Shown: positions 9,994 to 19,801 of the stretch, piece by piece
Layout: each line of letters opens with the position of its first letter
How positions within the stretch are numbered: position 1 is the stretch's first letter
The notes under the pieces: generated by a model
Seen by the model: only the letters and a program-made list of their open reading frames with translations
Told to the model about the DNA's origin: nothing
Database searches by the model: none
Made by a program: the position numbers and the translations under genes
Assembly: GCA_018897155.1 (NCBI GenBank)
Contig: JAHILE010000029.1
Span: 117 to 64,116, forward strand
DNA: 64,000 nucleotides
DNA from: Nanobdellota archaeon
GTDB taxonomy: Archaea > EX4484-52 > LFW-46
Direction of reading: 5' to 3'

Positions 9994-11196
9994 TTATTTC
10001 GATGCGTGTATAATTTCAACAACATCTCGGTGCTTAAGTTCTGCATCCCCTGCTATGCGCTTTTTTGTCCTGACATCGATTGCGTAAAGAAAGTGCTTTC
10101 CAAAATCAGTATGAAGCGCGTATGCGAAGTCGCGCGCATTCGCTCCCGGCGGAAGAAGAAAGCAGTCCGGCAAAACATTGCCTTTACTATCTGTTAGCTT
10201 GTTTACACCCCCCGGAAAAATCGCGATGTATTTCAGGAAATCAAACACTGCGGCGTCAAGAACATTCTGCACACCGGTCGTTCCCCATTTTTTTAGGAAC
10301 TTCGACATCATCTCAAGCCCTACTTTCTGCTTGTCGTTCAGCGCATCCGGCGTAAGAATCTTAAAGTCATCATTTCCGGGCACATAATCTATCATGCCTT
10401 TGCGCGCAGCTTCCCTTAGCGCAAGCTCCATCTCTGACGAGCACGGAACAAAAAGAATGTCCGGGAACTCTTTTTTAAGCGACTCAATGTTTTTTTCTGC
10501 TGTTGAAATATCCATTTTGTTTGCGGCAACAAGTATTTTTTTTGTGTCGCGCCGAATATGTCTTGCAAGAGCCTTTCGATGTTCCGGAGTCCAAGCCTCC
10601 GGGTTTGCCGGAAGAGCGAGAGCTACAATGCCTTCGGTTATTGTTTTGTCAGTTACTTTGAAGCTTGAAAGCAATTCTGATAACTGCCCCTCAATATTTT
10701 TTTTCTGCATGTTTGCCGCGCGCGATATCTTAAACCAGTGGCGTTCAATGATTGAGGCATACCACAAGTCTATTTCATCCTCAAGGAATTTTACATCTAT
10801 TGCAGGATTGTGTGTTCCAGCAACTACATTTTCGCCTTTTTCATTTGTCGAGCCGGAGGCATCGATTACATGTATCAGGACATCAGCATTTGAGAGGTCG
10901 CTCAAGAACTGGTTGCCGAGGCCTTTTCCCTCATGCGCGCCAGGAACAAGCCCTGCCACATCAATCATTTCAACAGGCACAAATCGCATGTGGTCTTTGC
11001 ACATACCGAATCGCGGGTTGCATTGCACGCCAAAATCTTTGTCCGCGCATGCGACTCTCACATAGCCGGTGCCAAAATTCGGCTTTATTGTTGTAAATGG
11101 ATATGCCGCTATTGCAATATCCGCAAGCGTTGCCGCTTTAAAGAATGTCGATTTTCCTGCCGATGGTTTTCCTACAAGGCCTATGGTAAAACTCAT
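9994..11196 (-). CDS. ychF: Obg-like ATPase/GTPase YchF family with TGS domain
   Basis: GKPSAGKST, YPFTTIKPN, DVAGLVPGAHEGKGLGNQFL, NKMD, C-terminal TGS. Confidence 0.93.
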   Translation of the reverse strand: MSFTIGLVGKPSAGKSTFFKAATLADIAIAAYPFTTIKPNFGTGYVRVACADKDFGVQCNPRFGMCKDHMRFVPVEMIDVAGLVPGAHEGKGLGNQFLSDLSNADVLIHVIDASGSTNEKGENVVAGTHNPAIDVKFLEDEIDLWYASIIERHWFKISRAANMQKKNIEGQLSELLSSFKVTDKTITEGIVALALPANPEAWTPEHRKALARHIRRDTKKILVAANKMDISTAEKNIESLKKEFPDILFVPCSSEMELALREAARKGMIDYVPGNDDFKILTPDALNDKQKVGLEMMSKFLKKWGTTGVQNVLDAAVFDFLKYIAIFPGGVNKLTDSKGNVLPDCFLLPPGANARDFAYALHTDFGKHFLYAIDVRTKKRIAGDAELKHRDVVEIIHASK

Positions 11197-11291
11197 GATT
11201 ATCTGTAATTAAGTGTCTGGGAAATTATAAAAAGCAATATAGGAAAATTTGCATCCGTCAAATTAATTAATCTGCGTTGTTAATTGCTTTT

Positions 11292-12104
11292 ATGGCTGAC
11301 GAAAATTCCAAAGCTGCTGCAGAAGATGCTGCTAATGCGGTCGGCAGAAAACCGGAAAGTCCGCGAGTCAGGCCGGTTTATTTTGTAATTGCTGTCGTTG
11401 TTTTTGGATTAGTAATTGGTATGATTTCTATCGGGGAAAAATCCGATATGCCCACAGGTAAAGTTCTTGAGCCTGTTGCGCCGAGCATTTTCCCTGAACA
11501 GATTGCTGAATTTAATACTGTCGTCGCAGAATGCAACCAATATATTGCAGAAAGGGACAACAATAATACAATAGATTGTTTGAGGAAGGCAGATGCGATT
11601 AAAACCGACCTGAAAGTTGTTTCTGCGCTTGCAGATCTTTATTATTTTACAGGGAATGATGGCGAGGCAATAGCATATTATTCGCGCGCAATAGAAATTG
11701 AGCCCAGTGATACGCGACTGAGGTATAATTACGCGCTTTCTCTTGAGCGAATGAACCGGACTGAAGATGCTCTTGCGCAATACGCAAAAGCCGCTGGCTT
11801 GGAGTCTAATTACACTGCTGCGATTAACAACCGGGGCATTCTTTTGCAGAAGCTCAAAAGATTCAATGAATCAAAGCAGGAATTTGAGAACGCGCTTGCG
11901 ATTGAGCCTAACAACACCATAATTCTTGTTAACTATGCGAACGTGCTTGCTGAAATGAATTTTAAAACAGAGGCTGAGCAGAAGTACCGAAAGGCCATTC
12001 AGCTAAGCCCTAATAATACGGGAATTTATAAAAATTTCGGGCAGTTTCTTTTCATGAACGGCAGATATGCCGAGGCAAAGGATATGTTTGATAAATCGGT
12101 TTGA
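11292..12104 (+). CDS. Membrane-anchored TPR protein
   Basis: N-terminal TM helix followed by several TPR repeats (A..YY..A.EIEP). Confidence 0.85.
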   Translation: MADENSKAAAEDAANAVGRKPESPRVRPVYFVIAVVVFGLVIGMISIGEKSDMPTGKVLEPVAPSIFPEQIAEFNTVVAECNQYIAERDNNNTIDCLRKADAIKTDLKVVSALADLYYFTGNDGEAIAYYSRAIEIEPSDTRLRYNYALSLERMNRTEDALAQYAKAAGLESNYTAAINNRGILLQKLKRFNESKQEFENALAIEPNNTIILVNYANVLAEMNFKTEAEQKYRKAIQLSPNNTGIYKNFGQFLFMNGRYAEAKDMFDKSV

Positions 12105-12176
12105 TGAATCATTTGTTGGTTAAAAAGCATTTAGTCGGGTGTAAACGTATTATAACTTGCACTGCAAATTCAATGC

Positions 12177-14537
12177 ATGAATGTTTCTGAACTTACACAA
12201 CTTCCGGAAAATGCGCGCAACACTCTAATCTCCGAAGGCATCACAATACTCAATCCGCCGCAGGAGCTTGCGGTGAATGCAGGCCTGCTAGATGGCAAAA
12301 ACATGATTGTTTTCGCGCCCACGGCATCAGGAAAAACATTTGTGGCAGAGCTTGCAATGCTTAACATAATTCTTAATCTGCGCAAAAAAGCAGTTTACAT
12401 AGTTCCATTAAAGGCACTTGGCTCCGAGAAATACGAGGAGTTTAAGGCGCGATACGCTCCTCTTGGCATAAAAGTCGGGGTCTCAATGGGCGACTATGAT
12501 TCAGAGGATTTGTGGCTTTCGTCGCAGGATCTTATAATTGTCACAAGCGAAAAATTGGATTCTCTTATGCGCCACTACATTCCATGGATTCATGACGTGG
12601 GGCTTGTTGTTGTTGACGAAATACATCTGCTGAATGACATTTCGCGCGGCCCGACTCTTGAAATTACAATCACCCGCATGCGCGATACAATCAGTCGGAA
12701 AGCAAATGCGCGTGAAAACGCGGCAATCGGCCAAAAAACAAATGCGCTTCAAACGGCAATAAGCGGCCAAAAAACATTATTTCAGATGCTCGGATTATCT
12801 GCAACAATTTCGAATGCAGAAGAGCTTGCAGGATGGCTTGGCGCTGAACTAGTTCAATCAGATTATCGTCCGATACCGCTTAAGAAAGGCGTTTATTTCG
12901 GCGGATGCATAAGTTATGGCAGCGAAAACGAACAAGTAAACCAAAAGCATGACGACGACGTTTCTGATATGATTGAACACGCGCTTGCTAAAGACAGACA
13001 GGTGCTTGTTTTTGTGAACTCCAGAAAATCAGCAGAGGCGCAGGCTGAAAAACTGGGTGATGTTGCAAAAAAATATGCTGATATCAGCATTTCAAAAACA
13101 ATGGCGCGTGACGCAATTGGTGCGCTTTCAACGCCAACAAAGCAATGCAAGCGACTCGGTTTATGCCTTGCTCAAGGAACTGCGTTTCATCATGCGGGCC
13201 TTGTGCCTAAGCAGAGAAAGCTGATTGAGGATTCGTTTAAATCAAAAAGCCTCAAGGTCATTTGCGCAACACCCACGCTTGCAATGGGCGTGAATCTTCC
13301 GTCATCGGTTGTCATAATAAAAGACATGCTGCGCTATGCCGAAGGCTACGGCATGCGGCCGATTCCGGTTCTTGAATACCAGCAGATGGCGGGCCGCGCA
13401 GGAAGGCCGAAATACGACAAAGAAGGCTTTGCAATTGCAGTCGCGCGAACAGAAAACGACATAGAGCATATTTTTGACAATTACATAAACGCCGACACTG
13501 AAAAGATTTTTTCAAAACTCGCGCTTGAGCCGGTTCTGCGCATGCATCTGCTTTCCCTCATTGCAACAGGCCATATCCATACAGAGGGCCAGCTTACAAG
13601 GTTTATGGAAAAAACATTTTACGCGCATCAGTACAGCGATTTGACAGAGCTTAAGGCAAAAATGAAGCGCATGCTCCAGCTGCTTTCTGATTACGGGCTG
13701 ATTGAAATTGATGGTGCTGGCGGGCTGAATAATGGCGCTAATGGGTCGCAAAATCAGAAGCCTAATCAAAAAAATACTCTAAATGCTCTTTTTATGACTG
13801 CCGATAATTTTGTAAAGAGTTCAACTTTAAATTCAATTTCAAGTTCAAATTCGGGTGATAAGCCAAAAGAGCTAAAAGCAACGCCTCTTGGAATACGGGT
13901 TGCAGAGATGTATATTGACCCGGAAACCGCAAACCTGATAGTTGAGTCGCTGAAAAACGCGCACTCAAAAAAACTTAACGAGCTTTCGTTTCTGCATTTG
14001 ATTTCAAACGCGCTTGAGCTTTATCCGCAGCTGCGCGTCCTTAAAAAAGACGAAGATTTAATAGACGGCGCGCTTACCGATTTTCAAGATTGCTTTATTG
14101 TTCCTGAAAAGCTTTTTGATTATGAATCGCAGGCATCAACAGTCAAAACCGCGCTTATGTTTAATGCATGGATGAACGAGAAAGGGGAAGATGCTTTGCT
14201 TGAAGAGTACAATATTGCGCCGGGAGAACTGCACGTAAAGCGCGACACAGCCGACTGGCTTTTGTACGCGGTTGACGAAATCGCGCGAATCGTCGGCATA
14301 GCAGGCATGCACAAAGAGATATCTGATTTGCGCATCCGCCTGAAGCACGGAGTAAAGCGCGAGCTTCTGCCGCTGGTTGCGCTGAAAGGGATTGGAAGGA
14401 TGCGCGCGAGAAAATTATTCAACGCAGGGCTCAAAAGCGCAAAGGATGTCAGGGAATGTGAAGCAGGCGCGCTTGAAAAAATTGTGGGAAAGAAAACTGC
14501 GGAATCGTTGAAAGCAAATTTGTGTGAAAGTCTGTAA
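12177..14537 (+). CDS. hel308: Ski2-like helicase Hel308
   Basis: APTASGKT, DEIH, SAT, FHHAGL, QMAGRAGRP, C-terminal HhH (KGIGRMRARKL). Confidence 0.95.
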   Translation: MNVSELTQLPENARNTLISEGITILNPPQELAVNAGLLDGKNMIVFAPTASGKTFVAELAMLNIILNLRKKAVYIVPLKALGSEKYEEFKARYAPLGIKVGVSMGDYDSEDLWLSSQDLIIVTSEKLDSLMRHYIPWIHDVGLVVVDEIHLLNDISRGPTLEITITRMRDTISRKANARENAAIGQKTNALQTAISGQKTLFQMLGLSATISNAEELAGWLGAELVQSDYRPIPLKKGVYFGGCISYGSENEQVNQKHDDDVSDMIEHALAKDRQVLVFVNSRKSAEAQAEKLGDVAKKYADISISKTMARDAIGALSTPTKQCKRLGLCLAQGTAFHHAGLVPKQRKLIEDSFKSKSLKVICATPTLAMGVNLPSSVVIIKDMLRYAEGYGMRPIPVLEYQQMAGRAGRPKYDKEGFAIAVARTENDIEHIFDNYINADTEKIFSKLALEPVLRMHLLSLIATGHIHTEGQLTRFMEKTFYAHQYSDLTELKAKMKRMLQLLSDYGLIEIDGAGGLNNGANGSQNQKPNQKNTLNALFMTADNFVKSSTLNSISSSNSGDKPKELKATPLGIRVAEMYIDPETANLIVESLKNAHSKKLNELSFLHLISNALELYPQLRVLKKDEDLIDGALTDFQDCFIVPEKLFDYESQASTVKTALMFNAWMNEKGEDALLEEYNIAPGELHVKRDTADWLLYAVDEIARIVGIAGMHKEISDLRIRLKHGVKRELLPLVALKGIGRMRARKLFNAGLKSAKDVRECEAGALEKIVGKKTAESLKANLCESL

Positions 14538-14680
14538 TTGCATCCTTATTTTATCCGCTGTTATGCGTTCCTGATAGGGAAAAAAACAAAGTCGCGAAGG
14601 CGCCCGAAAATTCGTTGCCACCGCAGTTCTTAAGGGGTTGCCGTCTATTTTTGAATTTTGACCGAAAGCTTTATATAGTA

Positions 14681-14700
14681 TTATGAATATATATTCATAA
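14681..14700. promoter_or_regulatory. Palindromic operator downstream of a TATA box
   Basis: Perfect 20-bp palindrome TTATGAATAT/ATATTCATAA right after TTTATATA. Confidence 0.7.
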
Positions 14701-14722
14701 TTAAACTATGGAGGTAGAAAAA

Positions 14723-14959
14723 ATGTCAGGACAAGATGGAACAGGGCCTTTAGGGTTAGGACCTCTTACAGGAAGAGGGCTTGGACCTTGTGGTTGCGGA
14801 ATGCGAAGAGGATTTGGCGGATGTTACGGAAGAGGTTTTTGGTCTAGAAGACAGGTAACTCTAACAAAAGAAGAAGAAAAGAAAATCCTTGAAGCAGAAC
14901 TTAAAGAAATTGATTTGGAAAAGCAAGAGATAGAGAAAAGACTAAAAGAAATGAAGTAA
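14723..14959 (+). CDS. DUF5320 family protein
   Basis: DGTGPLGLGPLTGRGLGPCG motif and C-terminal coiled coil; GGAGGT RBS. Confidence 0.9.
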   Translation: MSGQDGTGPLGLGPLTGRGLGPCGCGMRRGFGGCYGRGFWSRRQVTLTKEEEKKILEAELKEIDLEKQEIEKRLKEMK

Positions 14960-15004
14960 ATCCTTTCTCTTGCTTTTTTCTTTTCGTAAAATTTAAATAA
15001 GAAT

Positions 15005-15020
15005 CTGAATAAGTATTCAG
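15005..15020. promoter_or_regulatory. Second copy of the operator, before the DUF134 gene
   Basis: CTGAATA-AG-TATTCAG; same TGAATA-N2-TATTCA core as 14681..14700. Confidence 0.6.
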
Positions 15021-15021
15021 T

Positions 15022-15483
15022 ATGGCACGCCCAAGATTGTGCAGAAGAGTCGAATTTAACCCAGATGTTACTTATTTCAAACCGCAAGGAATTCCTTTAA
15101 GAGAATTAGAAGAAGTTATTTTGCATGTTGACGAATACGAAGCAGTCAGGCTTAAAGAATTAGAAGGATTAGAGCAGGAAGAATGCGCTAAAAAAATGAA
15201 TATCTCACAGCCGACTTTTCATAGATTAATTTTATCTGCAAGAAAGAAAATAGCCGATGCTATTGTTAATGGTAAAGCAATCAAAATAGAAGGAGGTGTT
15301 TATAAAATGGCCGGAATGCCAAAAAGAAAATTCAGGTGCTATGATTGTGGGTTTGAGTGGGAACTTGATTACGGAACTGGAAGACCGGCAGAATGCCCAA
15401 AATGTAAATCAAAAAATATTCATAGGCATCCTGAAGACAGGGGACCTCAACGAGGAAGGGGTTTAAGAGTAGGAAGAATATAG
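15022..15483 (+). CDS. DUF134 (UPF0251) HTH protein with C-terminal zinc ribbon
   Basis: MARPRLCRRV, YFKPQG, EEC.KKMNISQPTF, AIKIEGG; CxxC..CPxC. Confidence 0.93.
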   Translation: MARPRLCRRVEFNPDVTYFKPQGIPLRELEEVILHVDEYEAVRLKELEGLEQEECAKKMNISQPTFHRLILSARKKIADAIVNGKAIKIEGGVYKMAGMPKRKFRCYDCGFEWELDYGTGRPAECPKCKSKNIHRHPEDRGPQRGRGLRVGRI

Positions 15484-15763
15484 TGACGGCAACCTTCTTA
15501 AAAAGAAAGTCACGTTTGGTGACTCTTACTATGAGCTGCTTACATCAAACAGATTTATGCGTGACTATCCCAGTTCGCAAATATCCGGGTTTTATAGTTT
15601 ATGTGCCCCGAAAAATCCGAGGAAATCAAGCGCCTTATTGCGATATTTCTTAAAACTAAAAGTATGTTTTGATGATTGGTGCGGAGAGAAATTTCGAAAA
15701 TGCATCCAAAACATTAAAAAGCTTGTGAATTAACTTATGCGTATAAGTTTATGAGATGATCTT

Positions 15764-16168
15764 ATGGGTGACGAACCAATAGAAGGACAGCAAATTGAAG
15801 CAAAAGACTGCAAAAAAGGCGTTTTCATAATGGTTGAAGGCATACCGTGCAGAGTTACGAATCTGCAGATTGCAAAAACCGGAAAGCACGGTCACTCAAA
15901 GGCGCGTGTCGATTGCGAGGGCCTTTTTGACGGCAAAAAGCGCGTGTTTATTCAGCCAGGCGGCGCAAAGGTCCTTTCTCCAAATGTCGACAAGCGCGTA
16001 GGACAGATTCTTTCTATAGAAGGTGAAAACGCGCAGATAATGGATTCCAAGACATACGAAACATTTTACGCAAAAATTCTGGACGAAATAAAAAGCACAG
16101 TAAAAGACGGCCAGGAATGCGACTACTGGGTTGTTGCCGGTCAGAATGTTGTAATGGCTGTGCGTTAG
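15764..16168 (+). CDS. eif5a: Translation factor aIF5A
   Basis: Hypusine loop KTGKHGHSKA. Confidence 0.96.
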   Translation: MGDEPIEGQQIEAKDCKKGVFIMVEGIPCRVTNLQIAKTGKHGHSKARVDCEGLFDGKKRVFIQPGGAKVLSPNVDKRVGQILSIEGENAQIMDSKTYETFYAKILDEIKSTVKDGQECDYWVVAGQNVVMAVR

Positions 16169-16275
16169 ATGATTTTGGTATTTGGGTGTTTTGTGCGCTT
16201 AGAGATTCTATCGTAGCCGATGCGTTTTAAAAACTACTTATTCAATAGGGTGCAATAGTAGTATGCGGTGTTTTA

Positions 16276-16827
16276 TTGATAATAAAGCAGTTTACAGCAA
16301 AAAACGGAACTATATTTGTTTTGCGCACATTTGAACGAAAGGATTTATCACGCGTAAACGAATTTATGAATTTTGTAAATGATATTGTCGAAGAAGACGA
16401 TTATATACACACCAATAAAAAACAAACGTTGAAAGAAACCAAAAAAGATCTTACCGATATGTTAAAAGCGAGTTTGAAAAAAGAATCATTTGCGGTTGTT
16501 GCTGAAATTGACCAAAAAATAGCCGGATTTGCAGACATTACATCAAAAAAATTTAGAGAGAATCATGTTGCAGTTATTGGAATAATTATTGGGCGAACAT
16601 ATCGCGGAATTGGTTTGGGCTCTCAAATTTTGTCAGCTTTGATGGCTGAAGGCAATTTAAAACTTAAGGAAAAACCAAAAATTATCGAATTAGAAGTCTT
16701 TGAAACAAATAAAAATGCTCGAATAGTTTATCAAAAACTGGGTTTTAAGAAAATTGCGGAATTGCCAAATAGAGTGCAAAGACGCGGAAACTTAGTATTT
16801 AAAATAATGATGGAAAAATATGTTTGA
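16276..16827 (+). CDS. GNAT family N-acetyltransferase
   Basis: YRGIGLGS (motif A), LEVFETNKNA..YQKLGF (motif B). Confidence 0.9.
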   Translation: MIIKQFTAKNGTIFVLRTFERKDLSRVNEFMNFVNDIVEEDDYIHTNKKQTLKETKKDLTDMLKASLKKESFAVVAEIDQKIAGFADITSKKFRENHVAVIGIIIGRTYRGIGLGSQILSALMAEGNLKLKEKPKIIELEVFETNKNARIVYQKLGFKKIAELPNRVQRRGNLVFKIMMEKYV

Positions 16828-16835
16828 TGGTTCTT

Positions 16836-19721
16836 ATGTTTGAAAAAAAAGAAAGTTTGGTTAGTGAATCCAAACCGCGCGACGATATCGTTTATTTTCA
16901 TTCTATCGAAAAGAAGTGGCAGAAGAAATGGGCTGAGGCAAAAATCTTTGAATCAGAAGCCGCGCCGGGAAAGCCGAAATTTTTTGCTAATTTTCCTTAT
17001 CCGTATATGAATGGCAAGCTTCACATAGGGCATCTTTATACTTTTTTGCGCGCGGAAATTTTCTCCCGCTACAAGCGCATGCGCGGATATAATGTTCTTT
17101 TTCCTTTCGCATTCCACTGCACAGGCACGCCTATTGTGGCTGCTGCAAGGCGAATAAAAGACAAGGAAGAAAAGCAGGTTAAGATTCTAAAGGACATGAA
17201 TATTCCTGATTCTGAACTCAAAAAGTTTGAGAATCCGCTTTATTGGATTGAATATTTTCCAAAAGCCGCCAAATCAGATCTTCAATCTCTTGGCGCAGCA
17301 ATAGATTGGCGCAGGTCTTTTCGAACCACTGAAGTAAATCCGCCGTATTCGAAGTTTATCGAATGGCAATTCAACAAACTTAAGGAAAAAAATTATGTTG
17401 TACGCGGCGAGCATCCGGTTGCATGGTGCCCAAAGGATAAAATGGCAACAGGCGACCATGATCGGATTCAGGGTGAAGGCGTTGTTCCGGAAGAAATGAC
17501 GCTTGTGAAATTTGAAATCGACGGGAAAATACTTCCTGCTGCAACATACCGGCCTGAGACAACTTTTGGCGTAACCAATATGTGGCTGAATCCGGATGCA
17601 GTTTATGTCGAGGTAAGGGTGGATAAAGAGACATGGATTGTCACAAAAGAGACTTTGGAAAAACTCAAAGACCAGAATCACGCGGTTTCAGTAATCAAAG
17701 AAATAAAAGGAAAGGAATTTGTCGGAAAATTTTGTATAAATATCGCAACCTGCGTCAGCGTGCCGATTCTTCCTGCTGTTTTTGTCGATCCGAAAATTGG
17801 TACGGGTGTTGTGATGTCAGTGCCAGGGCATGCGCCTTATGATTATATTGCGCTTCGCGATATTCAACGCGCGCCTGAAAAATACGGAATGAAAGTGGAG
17901 CAGGTTTCACAGATAAAGCCGATATCACTCATAAAGGTTGAAGGATTTGGGGATTTTCCAGCTGTTGAAATTGCGGGAAGCATGAAAATCGAGGGCCAAA
18001 GCGATGAAAAGCTTGAAGAGGCGACAAAAACAATTTACAAGAAAGAGTTTCATGGCGGTATACTTAAGGATATCACCGGCAAGTACAAGGGAATGACTGT
18101 TGCAAAAGCAAAGGATATTATCATATCTGATTTCAAAAAAGTTGGTGCAGCCGTCTCATTTTATGAGCTCCCGGAAGCCGTGGTCTGCAGGTGCCTCTCG
18201 CCATGCCATGTGAAAATAATTGATGATCAGTGGTTCATGAAATATTCTGATGCCGGATGGAAGGCAAAAACGCACAAGGCACTCGACAACATGAATCTTT
18301 GTCCGGATGAATCACGCGCCCAGTTCAACTATGTCATTGATTGGCTTAATGATTGGGCTTGCTCGCGAGAATTCGGGCTTGGCACGCGCATTCCTTGGGA
18401 CAAAAAATGGCTGATAGAATCGCTGTCGGATTCAACAATTTATATGGCGTATTATACAATCGCGCATATAATACAAAGCGAGAAAATCGACGCTTCAAAA
18501 AGCTACGATATTTTATTTGATTATGTTTTCCTTGGAAAAGGAACCGCAGCATCGGCTGAAAAAGATTCCGGCATAAATGTGGAAAAAATCGAGAAGATGC
18601 GATGTGAATTCCTTTACTGGTATCCATTTGATTTCAGGAATTCCGCAAAAGACCTTGTTGGAAATCATCTTACATTTTCACTTTTCAACCATACCGCAAT
18701 ATTTGATGAAAAATTCTGGCCAAAAGGCTTCGGCGTCAACGGCTATGTGACTGTTGAAGGAGAAAAAATGAGCAAGAGCAAAGGCAATTTTTACACTATG
18801 GAAGAAATACTTGTAAAATACGGCGCAGATGTTTCAAGAATCACAGATATGATGGGTGGCGAGGGGCTGGATGACGCAAACTGGGATTCCCGCCTTGCAG
18901 ATACTTTTTCAAAAAAGCTTTTTTCAATCAAGGAAATGGCTTTGAGCATTGCAGATAGAAAGAAAAAGAAAGGCAAAGGGGCGGAAAACTCCGGCCATAT
19001 CGACAGATGGCTTGTTTCACAAGTTCATCGCCAGATAAAGCTTGCAACAGTTGTAATGGATGAAACAAAATTCAGAAGCGCGCTTATGGCGTCATATTAT
19101 GACATGCAGGCGGCGCTTAAGTGGTATGAACGAAGGGCAGAGAATACAAATACTGATGCGGCTGCATTTTTTATCGATGCGCAATTGAAGATGCTTGCGC
19201 CGTTCACTCCGCACATATGCGAGGAGCTGTGGAGCGAACTCGGAAAAAAAGGCTTTATTTCGGCTGCCGAGTGGCCTGAATTTGATGCAAAGAAAATTGA
19301 TGAGAACGCCGAGAAAATGGAGGCCTTGATAAAACAGACACTTGAAGATGTGAACGCGATAAAGAAAATCGTCAAAAAAGATGCGAAGCAAATAAATATA
19401 TATGTTCCAGAGATATGGAAATACGATATGTACGCGCTTGCACTGACAAAGCCGAAAAATCTGATTGCAGAGGCAATGAAAAACACAGAGATAAAAAAAC
19501 AGAGCGAGGCTGCGGTAAAATTCGCGCAGCAGCTCGCGAAAAATATGAATGTTCTTGAAAAAACGCTGTCTAAAGAAGATGAGATTATCGCGCTAAAGAG
19601 CGCGGAAAAGTTCTTTGCAAAAGAATTTGGATGCGCGGTTTCTGTAATTGATGCAGACGGCGCAAAGTCAGACAAGGCGCAAAAAGCCGTGCCCGGAAAG
19701 CCGGGAATTGAGATTGTTTGA
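16836..19721 (+). CDS. leuS: Leucine--tRNA ligase (archaeal type)
   Basis: PYPYMNGKLHIGH, KMSKSKGN, C-terminal PGKPGI. Confidence 0.97.
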   Translation: MFEKKESLVSESKPRDDIVYFHSIEKKWQKKWAEAKIFESEAAPGKPKFFANFPYPYMNGKLHIGHLYTFLRAEIFSRYKRMRGYNVLFPFAFHCTGTPIVAAARRIKDKEEKQVKILKDMNIPDSELKKFENPLYWIEYFPKAAKSDLQSLGAAIDWRRSFRTTEVNPPYSKFIEWQFNKLKEKNYVVRGEHPVAWCPKDKMATGDHDRIQGEGVVPEEMTLVKFEIDGKILPAATYRPETTFGVTNMWLNPDAVYVEVRVDKETWIVTKETLEKLKDQNHAVSVIKEIKGKEFVGKFCINIATCVSVPILPAVFVDPKIGTGVVMSVPGHAPYDYIALRDIQRAPEKYGMKVEQVSQIKPISLIKVEGFGDFPAVEIAGSMKIEGQSDEKLEEATKTIYKKEFHGGILKDITGKYKGMTVAKAKDIIISDFKKVGAAVSFYELPEAVVCRCLSPCHVKIIDDQWFMKYSDAGWKAKTHKALDNMNLCPDESRAQFNYVIDWLNDWACSREFGLGTRIPWDKKWLIESLSDSTIYMAYYTIAHIIQSEKIDASKSYDILFDYVFLGKGTAASAEKDSGINVEKIEKMRCEFLYWYPFDFRNSAKDLVGNHLTFSLFNHTAIFDEKFWPKGFGVNGYVTVEGEKMSKSKGNFYTMEEILVKYGADVSRITDMMGGEGLDDANWDSRLADTFSKKLFSIKEMALSIADRKKKKGKGAENSGHIDRWLVSQVHRQIKLATVVMDETKFRSALMASYYDMQAALKWYERRAENTNTDAAAFFIDAQLKMLAPFTPHICEELWSELGKKGFISAAEWPEFDAKKIDENAEKMEALIKQTLEDVNAIKKIVKKDAKQINIYVPEIWKYDMYALALTKPKNLIAEAMKNTEIKKQSEAAVKFAQQLAKNMNVLEKTLSKEDEIIALKSAEKFFAKEFGCAVSVIDADGAKSDKAQKAVPGKPGIEIV

Positions 19722-19801
19722 CGTAGAACTTCTCGTACCTACTTATGAAAAGTGAATATTTACGTATTTTTAAATATTCGCGATAAAATAATTTTGATAG
19801 T

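Noticed and set aside
13710-13865. Intein in Hel308
   Set aside because: Too short and lacks intein terminal motifs (Cys/Ser start, His-Asn end)
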